Of a stretch of DNA of 64,000 bases, positions 8,871-19,070 are shown in pieces (within the stretch, counting starts at the first letter, position 1; the number at the start of each line of letters is the position of its first letter). Under the pieces are notes generated by a model. The model made no database searches, was not told the origin of the DNA, and saw nothing but the letters and a program-made list of their open reading frames with translations. A program made the position numbers and the translations under genes. Source of the DNA: an uncultured Nitrososphaerales archaeon (lineage in GTDB: Archaea > Thermoproteota > Nitrososphaeria > Nitrososphaerales > Gagatemarchaeaceae); NCBI GenBank assembly GCA_963706445.1, contig OY970160.1, forward strand, positions 1,408,001 to 1,472,000. Direction: 5' to 3'.

Positions 8871-10538
8871 TTGAGGCGTTTAGTTTCAGTCGCACTTCTT
8901 TTCTTGCTCCTTCTAGCGGTCATGCCGGCCCTGGGGTCTGCCCATGCCCAGGGGTCTCCGAACATATCGGTCAACAGCCTCTACACCCTGAACAGATACG
9001 GGTTCGCCACCATCACCGAGGCCGTGTTTCTGACAAACAACCAGTCGTCCGCGGTCCAGGCACCGACTCTGACGTTCGGCTTCGGGAACCTTTCTTCCAA
9101 GGTAGTCACAGCCAATTTCACGGGGATTGGGTTCAACTCGGCCCCCGGGGCAGGAGGGATGTACACCATAGCGGGCACCCAGTCCATTGCCGCGAAGGGG
9201 AACGCGAGCTACACGCTGAGCGTCCTGCTCAACGGCGTAGTCACGGAAAGCAGTGGGAACATCACGGTGCTGACCCTTTCGTCTCCCTCCATCAACTCCA
9301 TGGTCAATTCGATCAACAACATCATACAGATGCCAGTCTCCACCAGCTTCGAGACCGCCCACGCACCTGTTGGGCTGACCGCTGACCTCACCGGGTCGAG
9401 CAACACCTACTCCTCGACCAAGACTGATACTACTCCCTCCGCAGTGACTTCAACCGACACGATCGCGTATTCGGCTGCCCAGGACTTCAACCCGCTTCAC
9501 GTATACTCCGCCGTGAGGACGATCTCGACAGACTCCGGCGGGAACCCAGTTGTGACCGACACTGTCGAGTTCCAGAACATGGGTACCACCCCTCTGCAGA
9601 CGCTTTACGTGAACGCCCTCGCAAACTCGGGCGCCGACGTGACAGTGGAGACGGTGACCGAGCCGAGGCTGGTCAGTCCGGTCACATTCCAATTGGTCAG
9701 CGGGTCCATCGACCTCACCCAGTTCGAGTCGGGTTCCCTGAGCAGCGGCGTGCCGCCCGGGGGGAACTTCACCATAACCTACCAGTATTCGCTCTCGGGG
9801 ACCTACTACAGGATCTCCGGGGGTCAGGTGACAGTGAACGTCCCCGAGACCCCTCCTGTCAGCGCGTTCGTCGACCAGTTCACAGTCAACCTCGCTCTCC
9901 CCCATGGAGCGGAGGCGGCCCAGGCAGCTCCGGTCGTCCTGCAATCGGTGGCACCGTGGCAGACCGCGACGACGACATTCGCCTACACCCTTTCGGTCGG
10001 GTGGGCAATCGCTGACGGGGTCCCCCTGGCCACCATCGTGTTCGCACTGTTGCTGATCGGGCTCTTCGTCTCGAGGACGACGACGGCGCAAACGGAGGAG
10101 ACGGAAGAGGAGGAAACCTCCACGGAGCTCGCTTCGAACCTGATCCAGGCCTTCGAGGAGAAGACAAACCTCATCAACGGACTCTGGTCTGAGATTTCGT
10201 CAAAGGACCCCAACGAACTTGACAAGGAGTACTTCGACGAGCTCAGGGGGCGCCTCGACACGTTCAGGAGCAGGGCCCTGCAGAGGCTGAACGAGGTCAA
10301 ACAGAAGGCCACCAGTCAGAGGTTCTCGGAGGTCCTAAACCAGATGCACGTGACAGAGAGGGAGATAGACAGGGCCGCCAAGGACAAGCTCAACCTCTAC
10401 CAGCAGTACTACATGAGACAGATGCGGAAGGAGGTATACGACAGGCTCCTGCCGCAGTACACGAAGAGGCTCGAGAAGGCCCTCAACCAGATCTCCGACG
10501 AGCTCCACACCGTCCAGAGAGAAGCCAAGCTCCTCTAG
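8871..10538 (+). CDS. type I membrane protein, ribophorin I (OST1)-like
   Basis: Signal peptide, two beta-rich extracellular repeats (YTLNRYGFATITEAVFLTN; RTISTDSGGNPVVTDTVEFQNMG), one TM helix and a helical cytoplasmic tail. Confidence 0.6.
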   Translation: MRRLVSVALLFLLLLAVMPALGSAHAQGSPNISVNSLYTLNRYGFATITEAVFLTNNQSSAVQAPTLTFGFGNLSSKVVTANFTGIGFNSAPGAGGMYTIAGTQSIAAKGNASYTLSVLLNGVVTESSGNITVLTLSSPSINSMVNSINNIIQMPVSTSFETAHAPVGLTADLTGSSNTYSSTKTDTTPSAVTSTDTIAYSAAQDFNPLHVYSAVRTISTDSGGNPVVTDTVEFQNMGTTPLQTLYVNALANSGADVTVETVTEPRLVSPVTFQLVSGSIDLTQFESGSLSSGVPPGGNFTITYQYSLSGTYYRISGGQVTVNVPETPPVSAFVDQFTVNLALPHGAEAAQAAPVVLQSVAPWQTATTTFAYTLSVGWAIADGVPLATIVFALLLIGLFVSRTTTAQTEETEEEETSTELASNLIQAFEEKTNLINGLWSEISSKDPNELDKEYFDELRGRLDTFRSRALQRLNEVKQKATSQRFSEVLNQMHVTEREIDRAAKDKLNLYQQYYMRQMRKEVYDRLLPQYTKRLEKALNQISDELHTVQREAKLL

Positions 10539-10596
10539 ACCCGCTCGGCCCGGGGGCAGATTTATGAGGCGGGGAAGGGCCATAACCTCGAACGAT

Positions 10597-11541
10597 ATGG
10601 AAGAGAAAGCCGAGAAACTAGTGATAATTGGGTCGGGGCCGGCGGGCCTCACGGCGGCGATCTACGCCTGCAGGGCGGACCTCGAGCCCCTGGTCTACAT
10701 GGGGACGAAGTACGGTGGCCAGCTCATGCTCACCAGCGAGGTGGAGAACTTCCCTGGGTTCCCGGACCCTGTGCTTGGGCCGGACCTCATCACGAGGATG
10801 AAGTCCCAGGCTGAGAGGCTCGGGGCCAGGCTGGTCCAGGATGACGTGGTGAAGGTCGACTTCAAGACGTATCCGTTCGAGGTGTCCACGAGCTCTGGGG
10901 TCACCAAGGCGCTCTCGGTGATCCTAGCGACGGGCGCCAACCCGAGGAGGCTCAACCTCCAGTCGGAGATGAAGCTCATGGGGAAGGGTGTGTCCAACTG
11001 CGCTGTATGCGACGGCTTCTTCTTCAGGGGGAAGAAGGTCGCGGTCGTCGGAGGGGGGGACACGGCCATGGAGGAGGCGACGTTCCTCACGAAGTTCGCC
11101 TCGACGGTGCAGGTGATACACCGCAGGGACGAACTAAGGGCGAGCGCGGCGCTGAAGAAGGAGGCTGTTGCGAACCCGAAGATCAGCTTCATCTGGGATT
11201 CGGCGGTCACGGAGGTCCTCGGGGAAGGGAAGGTGCAGGGGGTCAGGGTCAAGAACCTGAAGACAGGGAAGGAATCCGACCTCCAGGTCGACGGATTGTT
11301 CGTCGCCATAGGATATGACCCGAACACGGAGATATTCAGAGGACAGGTCGAGCTGGACCCGAAGGGGTACATCGCCGTGAGGAACGGGACCGAGAGCAGC
11401 GTCCCCGGGGTCTTCGTGGCTGGGGACGTCCACGACTTCCGGTACAGACAGGCCATCACAGCGGCCGCGGACGGGTGCAAGGCGCTTCTGGACGCAGAGA
11501 AGTTCGTGAAACAGAAGCTCGAAGTAACAGTCGTCAGCTGA
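10597..11541 (+). CDS. trxB: thioredoxin reductase
   Basis: IIGSGPAG, VENFPGF, CAVC redox motif, GGGDTAMEEA, AGDV, RQAITAA. Confidence 0.97.
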   Translation: MEEKAEKLVIIGSGPAGLTAAIYACRADLEPLVYMGTKYGGQLMLTSEVENFPGFPDPVLGPDLITRMKSQAERLGARLVQDDVVKVDFKTYPFEVSTSSGVTKALSVILATGANPRRLNLQSEMKLMGKGVSNCAVCDGFFFRGKKVAVVGGGDTAMEEATFLTKFASTVQVIHRRDELRASAALKKEAVANPKISFIWDSAVTEVLGEGKVQGVRVKNLKTGKESDLQVDGLFVAIGYDPNTEIFRGQVELDPKGYIAVRNGTESSVPGVFVAGDVHDFRYRQAITAAADGCKALLDAEKFVKQKLEVTVVS

Positions 11542-12652
11542 TCACGGAGACGAACCGGTCTTCGTTGACGGACCTGCTCAGCGGCCCTACTATGGGGGTC
11601 TTGTACCCGCAGGCGGTGCACCTGTTCTTGTCGTCCAAGTTGTATTCCAGGATCTCGTAGCCGTACCGTTTGATCAGGACCGCCTTGCACTCTGGGCAGT
11701 AGGTGCTCTCGTCTGGATGGCCTGGGACGTTGCCGATGTAGACGTAGTTGAGCCCGGCTGCCCTGCCTATCCTGACGTGCTTCTCCAGGGTCTCGACCGG
11801 GGTCCACGGGAAGTCCATCATCTTGTAGTCCGGGTGGAACCTGAGGAAGTGGACAGGGGTGTCTGGCCCGAGGTTGTCGTAGACGAAGCGGCAGAGCTTC
11901 TCGGCCGCCTCCAGGGACTCCCCGACTCTGGGGACGATCAGGTCAGTGATCTCGACGTGCACCTTGGCCCTCTTCTTGATCTCAAGGAGGCTGCTGAAGA
12001 TCGGGTCGGCGTTGGGGATGGAGATGTACTTGCGGACGAAGTTGGTCTCCCCGCTCCCCTTGAAGTCGACGGTGGCGCAGTCGAGGAAGTCGTCCATCAT
12101 CGCGACGGTGTCAGGGGTGTCGTAGCCGTTGGAGACGAAGATGTTGAAGAGTCCCTTGGACCTGGCGATCCTTCCGACGTCCCTCGCGTACTCCATGAAT
12201 ATAGTCGGCTGATTGTAAGTGTAGGCAATCCCTTCGCAGCCGTGCGACAGGGCGTTGTCGACTATCTCGTCTGGGGTGGCTTCGAATCCCTCGATCTTCC
12301 TCAGCTGGCTGATGTCGGAGTTCTGACAGTACGAGCATGCCCATGAGCAGCCGCTGGTGGCGATGGAGAAGATCTTCGAGCCAGGCCTGTAGTGGACGAC
12401 TGGCTTCTTCTCTATGGGGTCGATGTGGCCAGCCATCACCCGGCCGTAGACAAGGAGGTACAGCTTCCCCCCGACGACCCCTCTGACGCCGCAGAAGCCC
12501 ACTTGTCCTTCGCCGATCTGGCAGTTCCTTGCGCAAGCGGTGCACTGGACCCTGCCGTTGGGGAGGTCTCTGTAGAGCTCCGCCTGCTTTCCAGAGGGCG
12601 CGGAAAGCTTGGACCGGAGTGACATCGGAGGTAATGAATGCGACTTGGCCAT
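11534..12652 (-). CDS. amrS: AmmeMemoRadiSam system radical SAM enzyme
   Basis: N-terminal CTAC..C..C, DPIEKKP, CSWACSYC radical-SAM motif, AYTYNQP, RFHPDY, C-terminal CPEC/CTAC. Confidence 0.92.
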   Translation of the reverse strand: MAKSHSLPPMSLRSKLSAPSGKQAELYRDLPNGRVQCTACARNCQIGEGQVGFCGVRGVVGGKLYLLVYGRVMAGHIDPIEKKPVVHYRPGSKIFSIATSGCSWACSYCQNSDISQLRKIEGFEATPDEIVDNALSHGCEGIAYTYNQPTIFMEYARDVGRIARSKGLFNIFVSNGYDTPDTVAMMDDFLDCATVDFKGSGETNFVRKYISIPNADPIFSSLLEIKKRAKVHVEITDLIVPRVGESLEAAEKLCRFVYDNLGPDTPVHFLRFHPDYKMMDFPWTPVETLEKHVRIGRAAGLNYVYIGNVPGHPDESTYCPECKAVLIKRYGYEILEYNLDDKNRCTACGYKTPIVGPLSRSVNEDRFVSVIS

Positions 12653-12723
12653 AAGTCTTGCAGGCCAGAGTCGGTCGTCTCAACAAATGGTTATAACATA
12701 TGTTATTTCCCGCAAGCATCCCA

Positions 12724-13473
12724 ATGGCCGACTTCCTGGAATCAATCATACTTTCAACAGTCATGGGATTCTCGATCTACCTTTCGCTCCCCATCATCTT
12801 GAGCAAGAACCAGAACGAGAGGAGTGTGCGCTTCATGAATGCCGTGGCGATAGGGATACTCATCTTCCTGATAGGAGACGTGTTCCTCGACGCCGCTGGT
12901 TCGCTGTACAACGGGTCACTGTATGGATACGGTTCCTCCCCGAGCTATGACCTGGTTTTCACCCTGTCGATGGCCGCGGGGTTCCTGGTGCTCTTTGTCG
13001 CCGGGTACAGGAGGAAGGTGACATTCACTCACACACAACTCGCCATGGTCATCGCCCTGGGAATAGCCTTCCAGAACCTGACAGAGGGGCTGCTCTTTGG
13101 CGCTCTGAGCGTCGGGATCGGGCTCACCGGGGCCGCCCTGGTGGTGCTCGTCGGATTCATCTTCCAGAACTCTACCGAAGGGTTCCCAATAGCGTCCCCG
13201 TTCCTGGGAGAAACGGAAGGGAAGAAGGGGATAATAGCGGCGGCCCTGCTCGTCGGAGGGCTCCCGACCGTATTCGGGGGTGCAGTCGGTTACTTCTACA
13301 ACGCGACGACTTTCGACCTCGTTTTCTACGGTCTGGCTGTGGGGACCATGCTCTATGTCATCCTCCCGATGCTCAGAAGCCTGCTCGCAGTGTCGGACTC
13401 GGGGAAACTAGGGATCGCCTATGCCGGAGTGTTCGTCGGCTTTGTCCTCGGGTTCGCAGTGAACCTGCTTTAG
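12724..13473 (+). CDS. ZIP-family divalent metal transporter
   Basis: About 8 TM segments, with GIAFQNLTEG and QNSTEG in the position of the ZIP HN.PEG motifs (His replaced by Gln). Confidence 0.8.
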   Translation: MADFLESIILSTVMGFSIYLSLPIILSKNQNERSVRFMNAVAIGILIFLIGDVFLDAAGSLYNGSLYGYGSSPSYDLVFTLSMAAGFLVLFVAGYRRKVTFTHTQLAMVIALGIAFQNLTEGLLFGALSVGIGLTGAALVVLVGFIFQNSTEGFPIASPFLGETEGKKGIIAAALLVGGLPTVFGGAVGYFYNATTFDLVFYGLAVGTMLYVILPMLRSLLAVSDSGKLGIAYAGVFVGFVLGFAVNLL

Positions 13474-13507
13474 GAACTCGAACATCAAAGAGCAGCTCGG
13501 GAGAGAA

Positions 13508-13581
13508 TAGCCCGGCTAGGATTCGAACCTAGGTCGCCGGCTCCAAAGGCCAGCATCCTTGACCAACTAGACGACCGGGCT
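13508..13581 (-). tRNA. tRNA-Gln(TTG)
   Basis: Reverse complement AGCCCGG...CTGGC-CTTTGGA-GCCGG...GGTTCGAATCC...CCGGGCT-A. Has the A1-U72 pair typical of archaeal tRNA-Gln. Confidence 0.97.
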
Positions 13582-13609
13582 GCGGGTTTGCGCACGCGCC
13601 GTAGGTGAT

Positions 13610-14662
13610 TTAGCCTTGATTGGCTGTCTTGGCGATGAACCGGGCAATCTTTGGGACAGGGTCCTCCATGGAATCGAGGGTCCGCTTCGCCTTCTTCGCA
13701 AATGCGGCCCTGAACGTGTCGTCCGTCAGTCGCCTGGCCTTCGAGACGAGTACCTTCGGCGTCAGGGCCTTTTCCATCAGCCCGACGGACTCGAGGTAAC
13801 GGTCGGTGTACAGCGAGCCCTGGAACGCGGAGATCGTCGGGACCCCCATCAAGGCCGCTTCGGCGTTCATTGTCCCTCCCATGCCCACGAAGAGGTCGGT
13901 CTCGGCGAGGAGGTCGTGTCCGCTCACCACCTCGTCGGGGACGATTACCTTCTGTCCGAACTTGCTCCTCACTTCCTCGACCTGGAATTCGTAGCGGCAG
14001 AGCGCGACGATGTTGTGGCCTGGGAAAGCGTCTATCAGTGCCCCAAGCAGTTTGTCGGTCCATGTCATGTCGGCCTTTGCCAGATAGGGGGCGTCGCTCT
14101 CCTGGACCCGAACGGTGATGGTCTTCTTTCCGGGGTCAAGCTGTGGGACCGGTCCGGCGAGGGGCTCCCTCTTCAGCCATGCCGCCGGGTCGAGGGCGCG
14201 GTAGGTGGTGACCTGGTTCCGCCGGATCCCGAAGCGCTCCCAGGCTTTGTATGGGATGACCCATGGGCAGAGCAGGTGATAGCTGAGGGGGATGGACAGC
14301 CTCCCGGCTACCTCGGAGTGCGGCGAGTCGTTGACCGCGATGTGCTTGGTCCCGAGTCCAAAAGCCACCCTTGCGCAGACGGCAGAGGCTATCGAAACAG
14401 CTACGTCAGGCTTGAAATCCTGGATGATGGGGATCATCTCGGCCTGGCGCCTGGTGGCCGCCAGGAGTTGGTCTTCCGGTCCCTTCGTCCCCCTGTCCCC
14501 GACGTAGTTCAGTTTGAGACTCGCCCTCTCGGCGAGCGGCCCCACCTCCCTGTACCTCCGCGAGGTGGCGAGGACGGAAGCGCCCGAGGCTTCCAGTTCG
14601 TCTATTATCGGCTTGAAAAACAGGATTTGTTTCGGAGTGATTAGATCAAACCATGCTCGCAA
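13610..14662 (-). CDS. DUF354 family GT-B-fold protein
   Basis: WFDLITPKQ, NDSPH, GGTMNAEAALMGVPTIS; lies next to sugar-nucleotide genes. Confidence 0.85.
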   Translation of the reverse strand: MRAWFDLITPKQILFFKPIIDELEASGASVLATSRRYREVGPLAERASLKLNYVGDRGTKGPEDQLLAATRRQAEMIPIIQDFKPDVAVSIASAVCARVAFGLGTKHIAVNDSPHSEVAGRLSIPLSYHLLCPWVIPYKAWERFGIRRNQVTTYRALDPAAWLKREPLAGPVPQLDPGKKTITVRVQESDAPYLAKADMTWTDKLLGALIDAFPGHNIVALCRYEFQVEEVRSKFGQKVIVPDEVVSGHDLLAETDLFVGMGGTMNAEAALMGVPTISAFQGSLYTDRYLESVGLMEKALTPKVLVSKARRLTDDTFRAAFAKKAKRTLDSMEDPVPKIARFIAKTANQG

Positions 14663-14783
14663 GACCCTTGGTTCCCTCGCGTTTTCAGACCGCCATTCAG
14701 CATACTAATCCGTTTGCCTCGGCTCGCACTCCGAAAGCTGTTCAAAGTATATCTAGAAACCTCCTCTGAGGCACAAAGAGCTT

Positions 14784-15914
14784 TTGCCAAAGATCAAGGC
14801 CGCGATGTACGGGTTCACCAGCGAGGCATACAGGCTGGCTGCGGCCCTAGTCGACAAAGCTCAGGTGACTATCGTCGATGAAACACTTCAGATGGCTATG
14901 GACGTCGACGCTCCGTTTCTGAAGAGGAACCCGAACCTGCAGGAGCTCATGGCCGAGGAGCCACTCCTTTCGTTTAAGCCGCTAGAGCAGGAGCTGGGGG
15001 ACGCCCAGGTGATCTTCTTCACCCCAAAGCTCAGGAGGCCCTCTGACGAGACCCTGATTGAGGCGAGTTCTAAGCTCAGGGACCTGGCCAGGTACCTTTC
15101 GAAGGGGGTGACCCTGGTCAACTCCCTTCCGACGGGGCCCGGAGGGAACTCCGACAACATCATGATTGTGGAGAAGGCGACGGGGCTACAGGTGGGCGGG
15201 GGTCTGACCTACGCGTACATGCCGCTGAGGCCAGGGGAGTCGAAGCCTGCCGTGGTCTCGGTCGCAGGGCCCGAGGAGAAAGGACAGCTGGCGGTATTGG
15301 GTTTCGTTCCGAATTCCCAGAACGTGTTTTCGGCTGAACTCGAGTACGCTTCCAGCGTTATGGAGACTGCGGTGGTCTCGGTCACCGAAATCGAGATGGC
15401 GAGGAGGGCGAGAGAAGCCAAAGTCTCTCTCCAGAAGCCGTCGAGCGCCTACCTGGACGAGTTCTCGAAGTACCTCTATGAGCTGAAGGCGATCCAGTCG
15501 AGCGAGGAGACCGGGGAGGCCATCGCGTACCTTGCCGGTGCGGCCCTCAAGAGCTTCGACAACTACGTCCGGTATGTGGTCGACGAGACCCGGGAGGTGT
15601 TGAAGGAGAAGCAACTCAAGGCGAGCAGGACCAAAATCTCCTTGCTGTGGAACCTGGACAAATACGAGATCCGGGGGGAGAGGCTGCAGGTCGCCGAGAG
15701 CATACAGCAGCGCCTGAGGGACTACGTGACCGACGTGGACATCGTATCGCGCCAGAAGGGGAAAGGTGGGGCTGACCTTCTCGACCCGCTCAAGCACAAC
15801 GTGGTGATCGTCTGCTCCAAGGACGACTGGGACCTCATGAAGTCAGCCAAGAAGGACCAGAGGAGCGCTGAGACGACTGTGATCTTTGCGACGCCAAGCC
15901 TCAGCAAGGAGTGA
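14784..15914 (+). CDS. degenerate nucleotide-sugar dehydrogenase-like protein (WecC/WbpA fold)
   Basis: LSKGVTLVNSLPTGPGG, IVEKATGLQVG, LTYAYMP and a C-terminal domain resemble UDP-GlcNAc/ManNAc 6-dehydrogenases. GxGxxG and GGxC are absent. Confidence 0.55.
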   Translation: MPKIKAAMYGFTSEAYRLAAALVDKAQVTIVDETLQMAMDVDAPFLKRNPNLQELMAEEPLLSFKPLEQELGDAQVIFFTPKLRRPSDETLIEASSKLRDLARYLSKGVTLVNSLPTGPGGNSDNIMIVEKATGLQVGGGLTYAYMPLRPGESKPAVVSVAGPEEKGQLAVLGFVPNSQNVFSAELEYASSVMETAVVSVTEIEMARRAREAKVSLQKPSSAYLDEFSKYLYELKAIQSSEETGEAIAYLAGAALKSFDNYVRYVVDETREVLKEKQLKASRTKISLLWNLDKYEIRGERLQVAESIQQRLRDYVTDVDIVSRQKGKGGADLLDPLKHNVVIVCSKDDWDLMKSAKKDQRSAETTVIFATPSLSKE

Positions 15915-15957
15915 GCCGCATAACCCTATATCGACTTCGCAGCGGGAGGCGGCCGCA

Positions 15958-16896
15958 TTGACCCGGGTAGCCGTGGTCGGCACGGGGGGGTGGGGGAAGA
16001 ACCACGTCAGGGTCCTCAACGAGCTGCAGAGCCTCGCGGCAGTCTGCGACATGAACGAGGAGAGGGCGAACGCGTTCTCCAAGAATTTCCACGTTCCAGC
16101 CTACAACTCGCTCGAGACGATGCTGAAGAAGGAGAAGTTGGACGGCGTCACCATCTGCACGCCTGCTTCGACCCACTTCTCGATGGCCTCCAAGGCCCTG
16201 GAGGCTGGAGTCAACACCTTCGTGGAGAAGCCGATGACGACCACCCTGAAGGACGGGGAGCTGCTAATGGAGGCGGCGAAGAGGGCGAACCGGAGCCTCA
16301 CGGTGGGGTTCATCGAGAGGTTCAACCCCCCGATAACCGACCTCAAACAGATGATCAAGGAGGGGAAGATGGGGGAGCCGATTCTCATGGAGTTCCACAG
16401 AGAGAACAGGCGCGGGGAGAACATAAGCGACGTTGGGATTGTAAAGGACGCGTCGGTCCACGACATAGACACTGCCTGCTGGCTCTTCGGGGAGGCCCCG
16501 AAGGTGGTCTACGCCAGGGTGGGGGTCATGTACGTCCCCCTGGAGCATGAGGACTTCGCGGCAATCCTTCTAGGGTTCTCAGGCCAGAAGACGGCATTCC
16601 TGGTGACCAACTGGATCACCCCCAACAGGGTCAGGACGCTGAGCGCAGTGTTCTCCGGGGGGGTTGTAGACGTGGACTTCGTCACCCAGAAGACAAGCAT
16701 ACACGAAGGCGCGGCCACGACGGTCCCCACGACGACCTATCAGGAGCCGCTGATGCTCGAACTTCGCGAGTTCGTCACGGCCATCCAGGAGAAGAGGCAG
16801 CCCCTGGTGACTGGGAAGGACGGGCTCAACGTGACGAGGGTCGCGGAAGCGGTGCTGGCGTCAAGCTCGTCGGGGACCCCGATCTACCTTGGTTGA
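15958..16896 (+). CDS. Gfo/Idh/MocA oxidoreductase (WbpB-like UDP-sugar 3-dehydrogenase)
   Basis: [36 protein letters not shown]; adjacent to an acetyltransferase. Confidence 0.88.
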   Translation: MTRVAVVGTGGWGKNHVRVLNELQSLAAVCDMNEERANAFSKNFHVPAYNSLETMLKKEKLDGVTICTPASTHFSMASKALEAGVNTFVEKPMTTTLKDGELLMEAAKRANRSLTVGFIERFNPPITDLKQMIKEGKMGEPILMEFHRENRRGENISDVGIVKDASVHDIDTACWLFGEAPKVVYARVGVMYVPLEHEDFAAILLGFSGQKTAFLVTNWITPNRVRTLSAVFSGGVVDVDFVTQKTSIHEGAATTVPTTTYQEPLMLELREFVTAIQEKRQPLVTGKDGLNVTRVAEAVLASSSSGTPIYLG

Positions 16897-17386
16897 GAAG
16901 ATGAAGGTCACCAACTTCGTCGCCCCGGACGCCAAGCTGGGGAAGAACGTCAGGATCTGGAATTTTGCGTATGTGGGCTCGAAGACTACGATAGGGGACA
17001 ACGTGAAGATCGGTTCCCTGGCGCATGTGGACTACGACGTGAAGATAGGCAGCGGGACCAAGATCGAAGGACTCGTCTACATCCCGCCGATGTCGAGGAT
17101 CGGAAGGAACGTCTTCATTGGGCCGGCCGCCGTGCTGACGAACGACCCGTACCCCCCGAGCAAGAAGATGATCGGAGTGGTCGTCGAGGATGACGCTGTG
17201 ATAGGAGCCAGGGCCGTCATCAGGGCCGGAGTGAGGATCGGCAAGGGAAGCGTCGTAGCCATGGGGGCGGTGGTCACCAAGGACGTGCCGCCAGGCAAAG
17301 TCGTCATGGGGGTCCCCGCGAGGGTGAAGTACACCCGGAAAGAGTTTGACGCTAAGTTGAAGGCTTGGGAGCGGTCGCGATCCTAG
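16889..17386 (+). CDS. hexapeptide-repeat N-acetyltransferase (WbpD-like)
   Basis: Left-handed beta-helix repeats, [29 protein letters not shown]. Confidence 0.9.
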   Translation: MVEKMKVTNFVAPDAKLGKNVRIWNFAYVGSKTTIGDNVKIGSLAHVDYDVKIGSGTKIEGLVYIPPMSRIGRNVFIGPAAVLTNDPYPPSKKMIGVVVEDDAVIGARAVIRAGVRIGKGSVVAMGAVVTKDVPPGKVVMGVPARVKYTRKEFDAKLKAWERSRS

Positions 17387-17603
17387 ACCTGACGTAGAGC
17401 CTCGTCAGGCCGACCATCACGACGAACCAGAGCGCGACCAGGGCTATGATCAGGATAAGTTTCAGCAGCGCCAGACCGGTGTAGTCTGTCAGAGAGTGAG
17501 GTATCGGGCCGAGGGGGACCACGAAGTCGAAGAAAAGTACAGTCTCCGCTATTATCAACAGGAATGCGACCGCTTCAATCCCGATGAGAGGAGCTAGTTT
17601 CAT
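17352..17603 (-). CDS. small two-TM membrane protein
   Basis: Two hydrophobic helices; starts 1 nt after the upstream GPT gene stop. Confidence 0.6.
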   Translation of the reverse strand: MKLAPLIGIEAVAFLLIIAETVLFFDFVVPLGPIPHSLTDYTGLALLKLILIIALVALWFVVMVGLTRLYVRSRIATAPKPST

Positions 17604-17604
17604 C

Positions 17605-18639
17605 TTATTGCACCCAGGTCAGGGCGGAGATTGCGAAGGAGAACAGGCAGGCGACGACCGTCAGGTAGATGATGCTCTTCACCAGGTCCTTCTCCGACAG
17701 GGCCCCTCCGAGCAGGATGAGTCTGATCAGGGTATTCGGAGCGTTTGGCTCGGTGGACGGATAGAGAAGGCCGTCGCCCCCTATGTAGGTGGGCCTGGAC
17801 AGCATCTTCCGCCTTTCGACAAACCCTCGTATGCTTGACAGTGTGTAGAATGAGTTCAGTATGGCCGGGACGATGGCGATTATCGCCGCTATCTCGACGC
17901 CCCCGGTTATCGCGAGGCCTGCGAACATGGCCCCCAGCATCAGGCTCCCGCTGTCACCGTCGAAGGCCCTCGACGGGTATCGGTTGAAGATGAGGAATCC
18001 CGCTGCCACTGCGACGAGTGGGAGGGTGGCGGCCACCCTCGCAAGTGAAAAGCCCGAAGTGTATGCGGCATGCAGGACCACCCCTACGAGCAGAGCCAAC
18101 GACGTGAGGAGGGCGAACCAAGAGATCTCGCCGTTGAATGCGTCCATCATATTGAACGCGTTCGCCACAACTGGGAAGGCGACCACCGCAAGAACGGTGT
18201 AGATGATGGAGTGGGGGGCCGTATCCCCGAGGATTGGAAACGTCAGGACGGGCTGGTAGAGGTCCGGCCTGATGGCGATGACTCCGACGAAGGCGAACCC
18301 GGCCAGAAGGAGCAGCAGTGGCTTGGCTTTCCCCCCTAGGACGAAGAGGTCGTCTGTCAGTCCGACCAAGAACGCGACACCGGCCCCCAGCATGACGGCC
18401 ACCGGGATCCAGGAATGGAAGCCCGCGGCGACGAGGGCCTCGCCCACCAGGGCGGCGGCGAATAGCATCGGCCCGGCAGGCTCAGGAACCTTTGAGGGAG
18501 GGCGCTTGTGGACGTCGTCGGAGACCTTCCCCATCCGGGTCAGGAGCCTGAGGAAGGGAGGGAGTCCGAAAATCAGTATCAGGAAGGGGACAATGAATGA
18601 AAGCAGAAGGAGGCCCACGTCGGCCAGCCCCATTGGCAA
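17605..18639 (-). CDS. UDP-GlcNAc:dolichyl-phosphate GlcNAc-1-phosphate transferase (AglH/GPT, MraY family)
   Basis: DVHK..VPEPAG, GLTDD, NAFNMMDAFNG, FNRYPSRAFDGDSGS; multi-TM. Confidence 0.88.
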   Translation of the reverse strand: MPMGLADVGLLLLSFIVPFLILIFGLPPFLRLLTRMGKVSDDVHKRPPSKVPEPAGPMLFAAALVGEALVAAGFHSWIPVAVMLGAGVAFLVGLTDDLFVLGGKAKPLLLLLAGFAFVGVIAIRPDLYQPVLTFPILGDTAPHSIIYTVLAVVAFPVVANAFNMMDAFNGEISWFALLTSLALLVGVVLHAAYTSGFSLARVAATLPLVAVAAGFLIFNRYPSRAFDGDSGSLMLGAMFAGLAITGGVEIAAIIAIVPAILNSFYTLSSIRGFVERRKMLSRPTYIGGDGLLYPSTEPNAPNTLIRLILLGGALSEKDLVKSIIYLTVVACLFSFAISALTWVQ

Positions 18640-18736
18640 CGGTGTCGGCCGGCGATTTCTTTCTGATTAAACGGTTTCCAGAGGGCGCTTTCGCGCGTTC
18701 AATGTTAAATAATGCCATCCGGCGACCGTCCCTCGT

Positions 18737-19030
18737 ATGAACGTAGCCGACTTGCGGGACGGTATGAGAAGGGTCGACGCCGAAGGGGAGATAGTCGAGA
18801 TGTCAGAGCCGAGGAACGTCAACCTCAGGACAGGCGGAGAGGCGAGGGTGGCGGACTGCATGCTGAAGGACGACAGCGGACAGATCAAGCTCTCCCTCTG
18901 GGACGACCAGATCGACATGGTCAAGCAGGGCTCAAAGGTCAGGGTGACCAACGGTTACACCAACAGCTTCAGGGGCGAAATGCGCCTGAATGTTGGAAAA
19001 TATGGAAAGCTCGAGGTCGTCCAAGCCTAA
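18737..19030 (+). CDS. ssb: single OB-fold ssDNA-binding protein (crenarchaeal/thaumarchaeal type)
   Basis: LKDDSGQIKLSLWD, VTNGYTNSFRGE, LNVGKYGKL. Confidence 0.88.
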   Translation: MNVADLRDGMRRVDAEGEIVEMSEPRNVNLRTGGEARVADCMLKDDSGQIKLSLWDDQIDMVKQGSKVRVTNGYTNSFRGEMRLNVGKYGKLEVVQA

Positions 19031-19070
19031 AGCTTCTAAAGCACACCTCAAACAATAATCCTGAAGGTTT

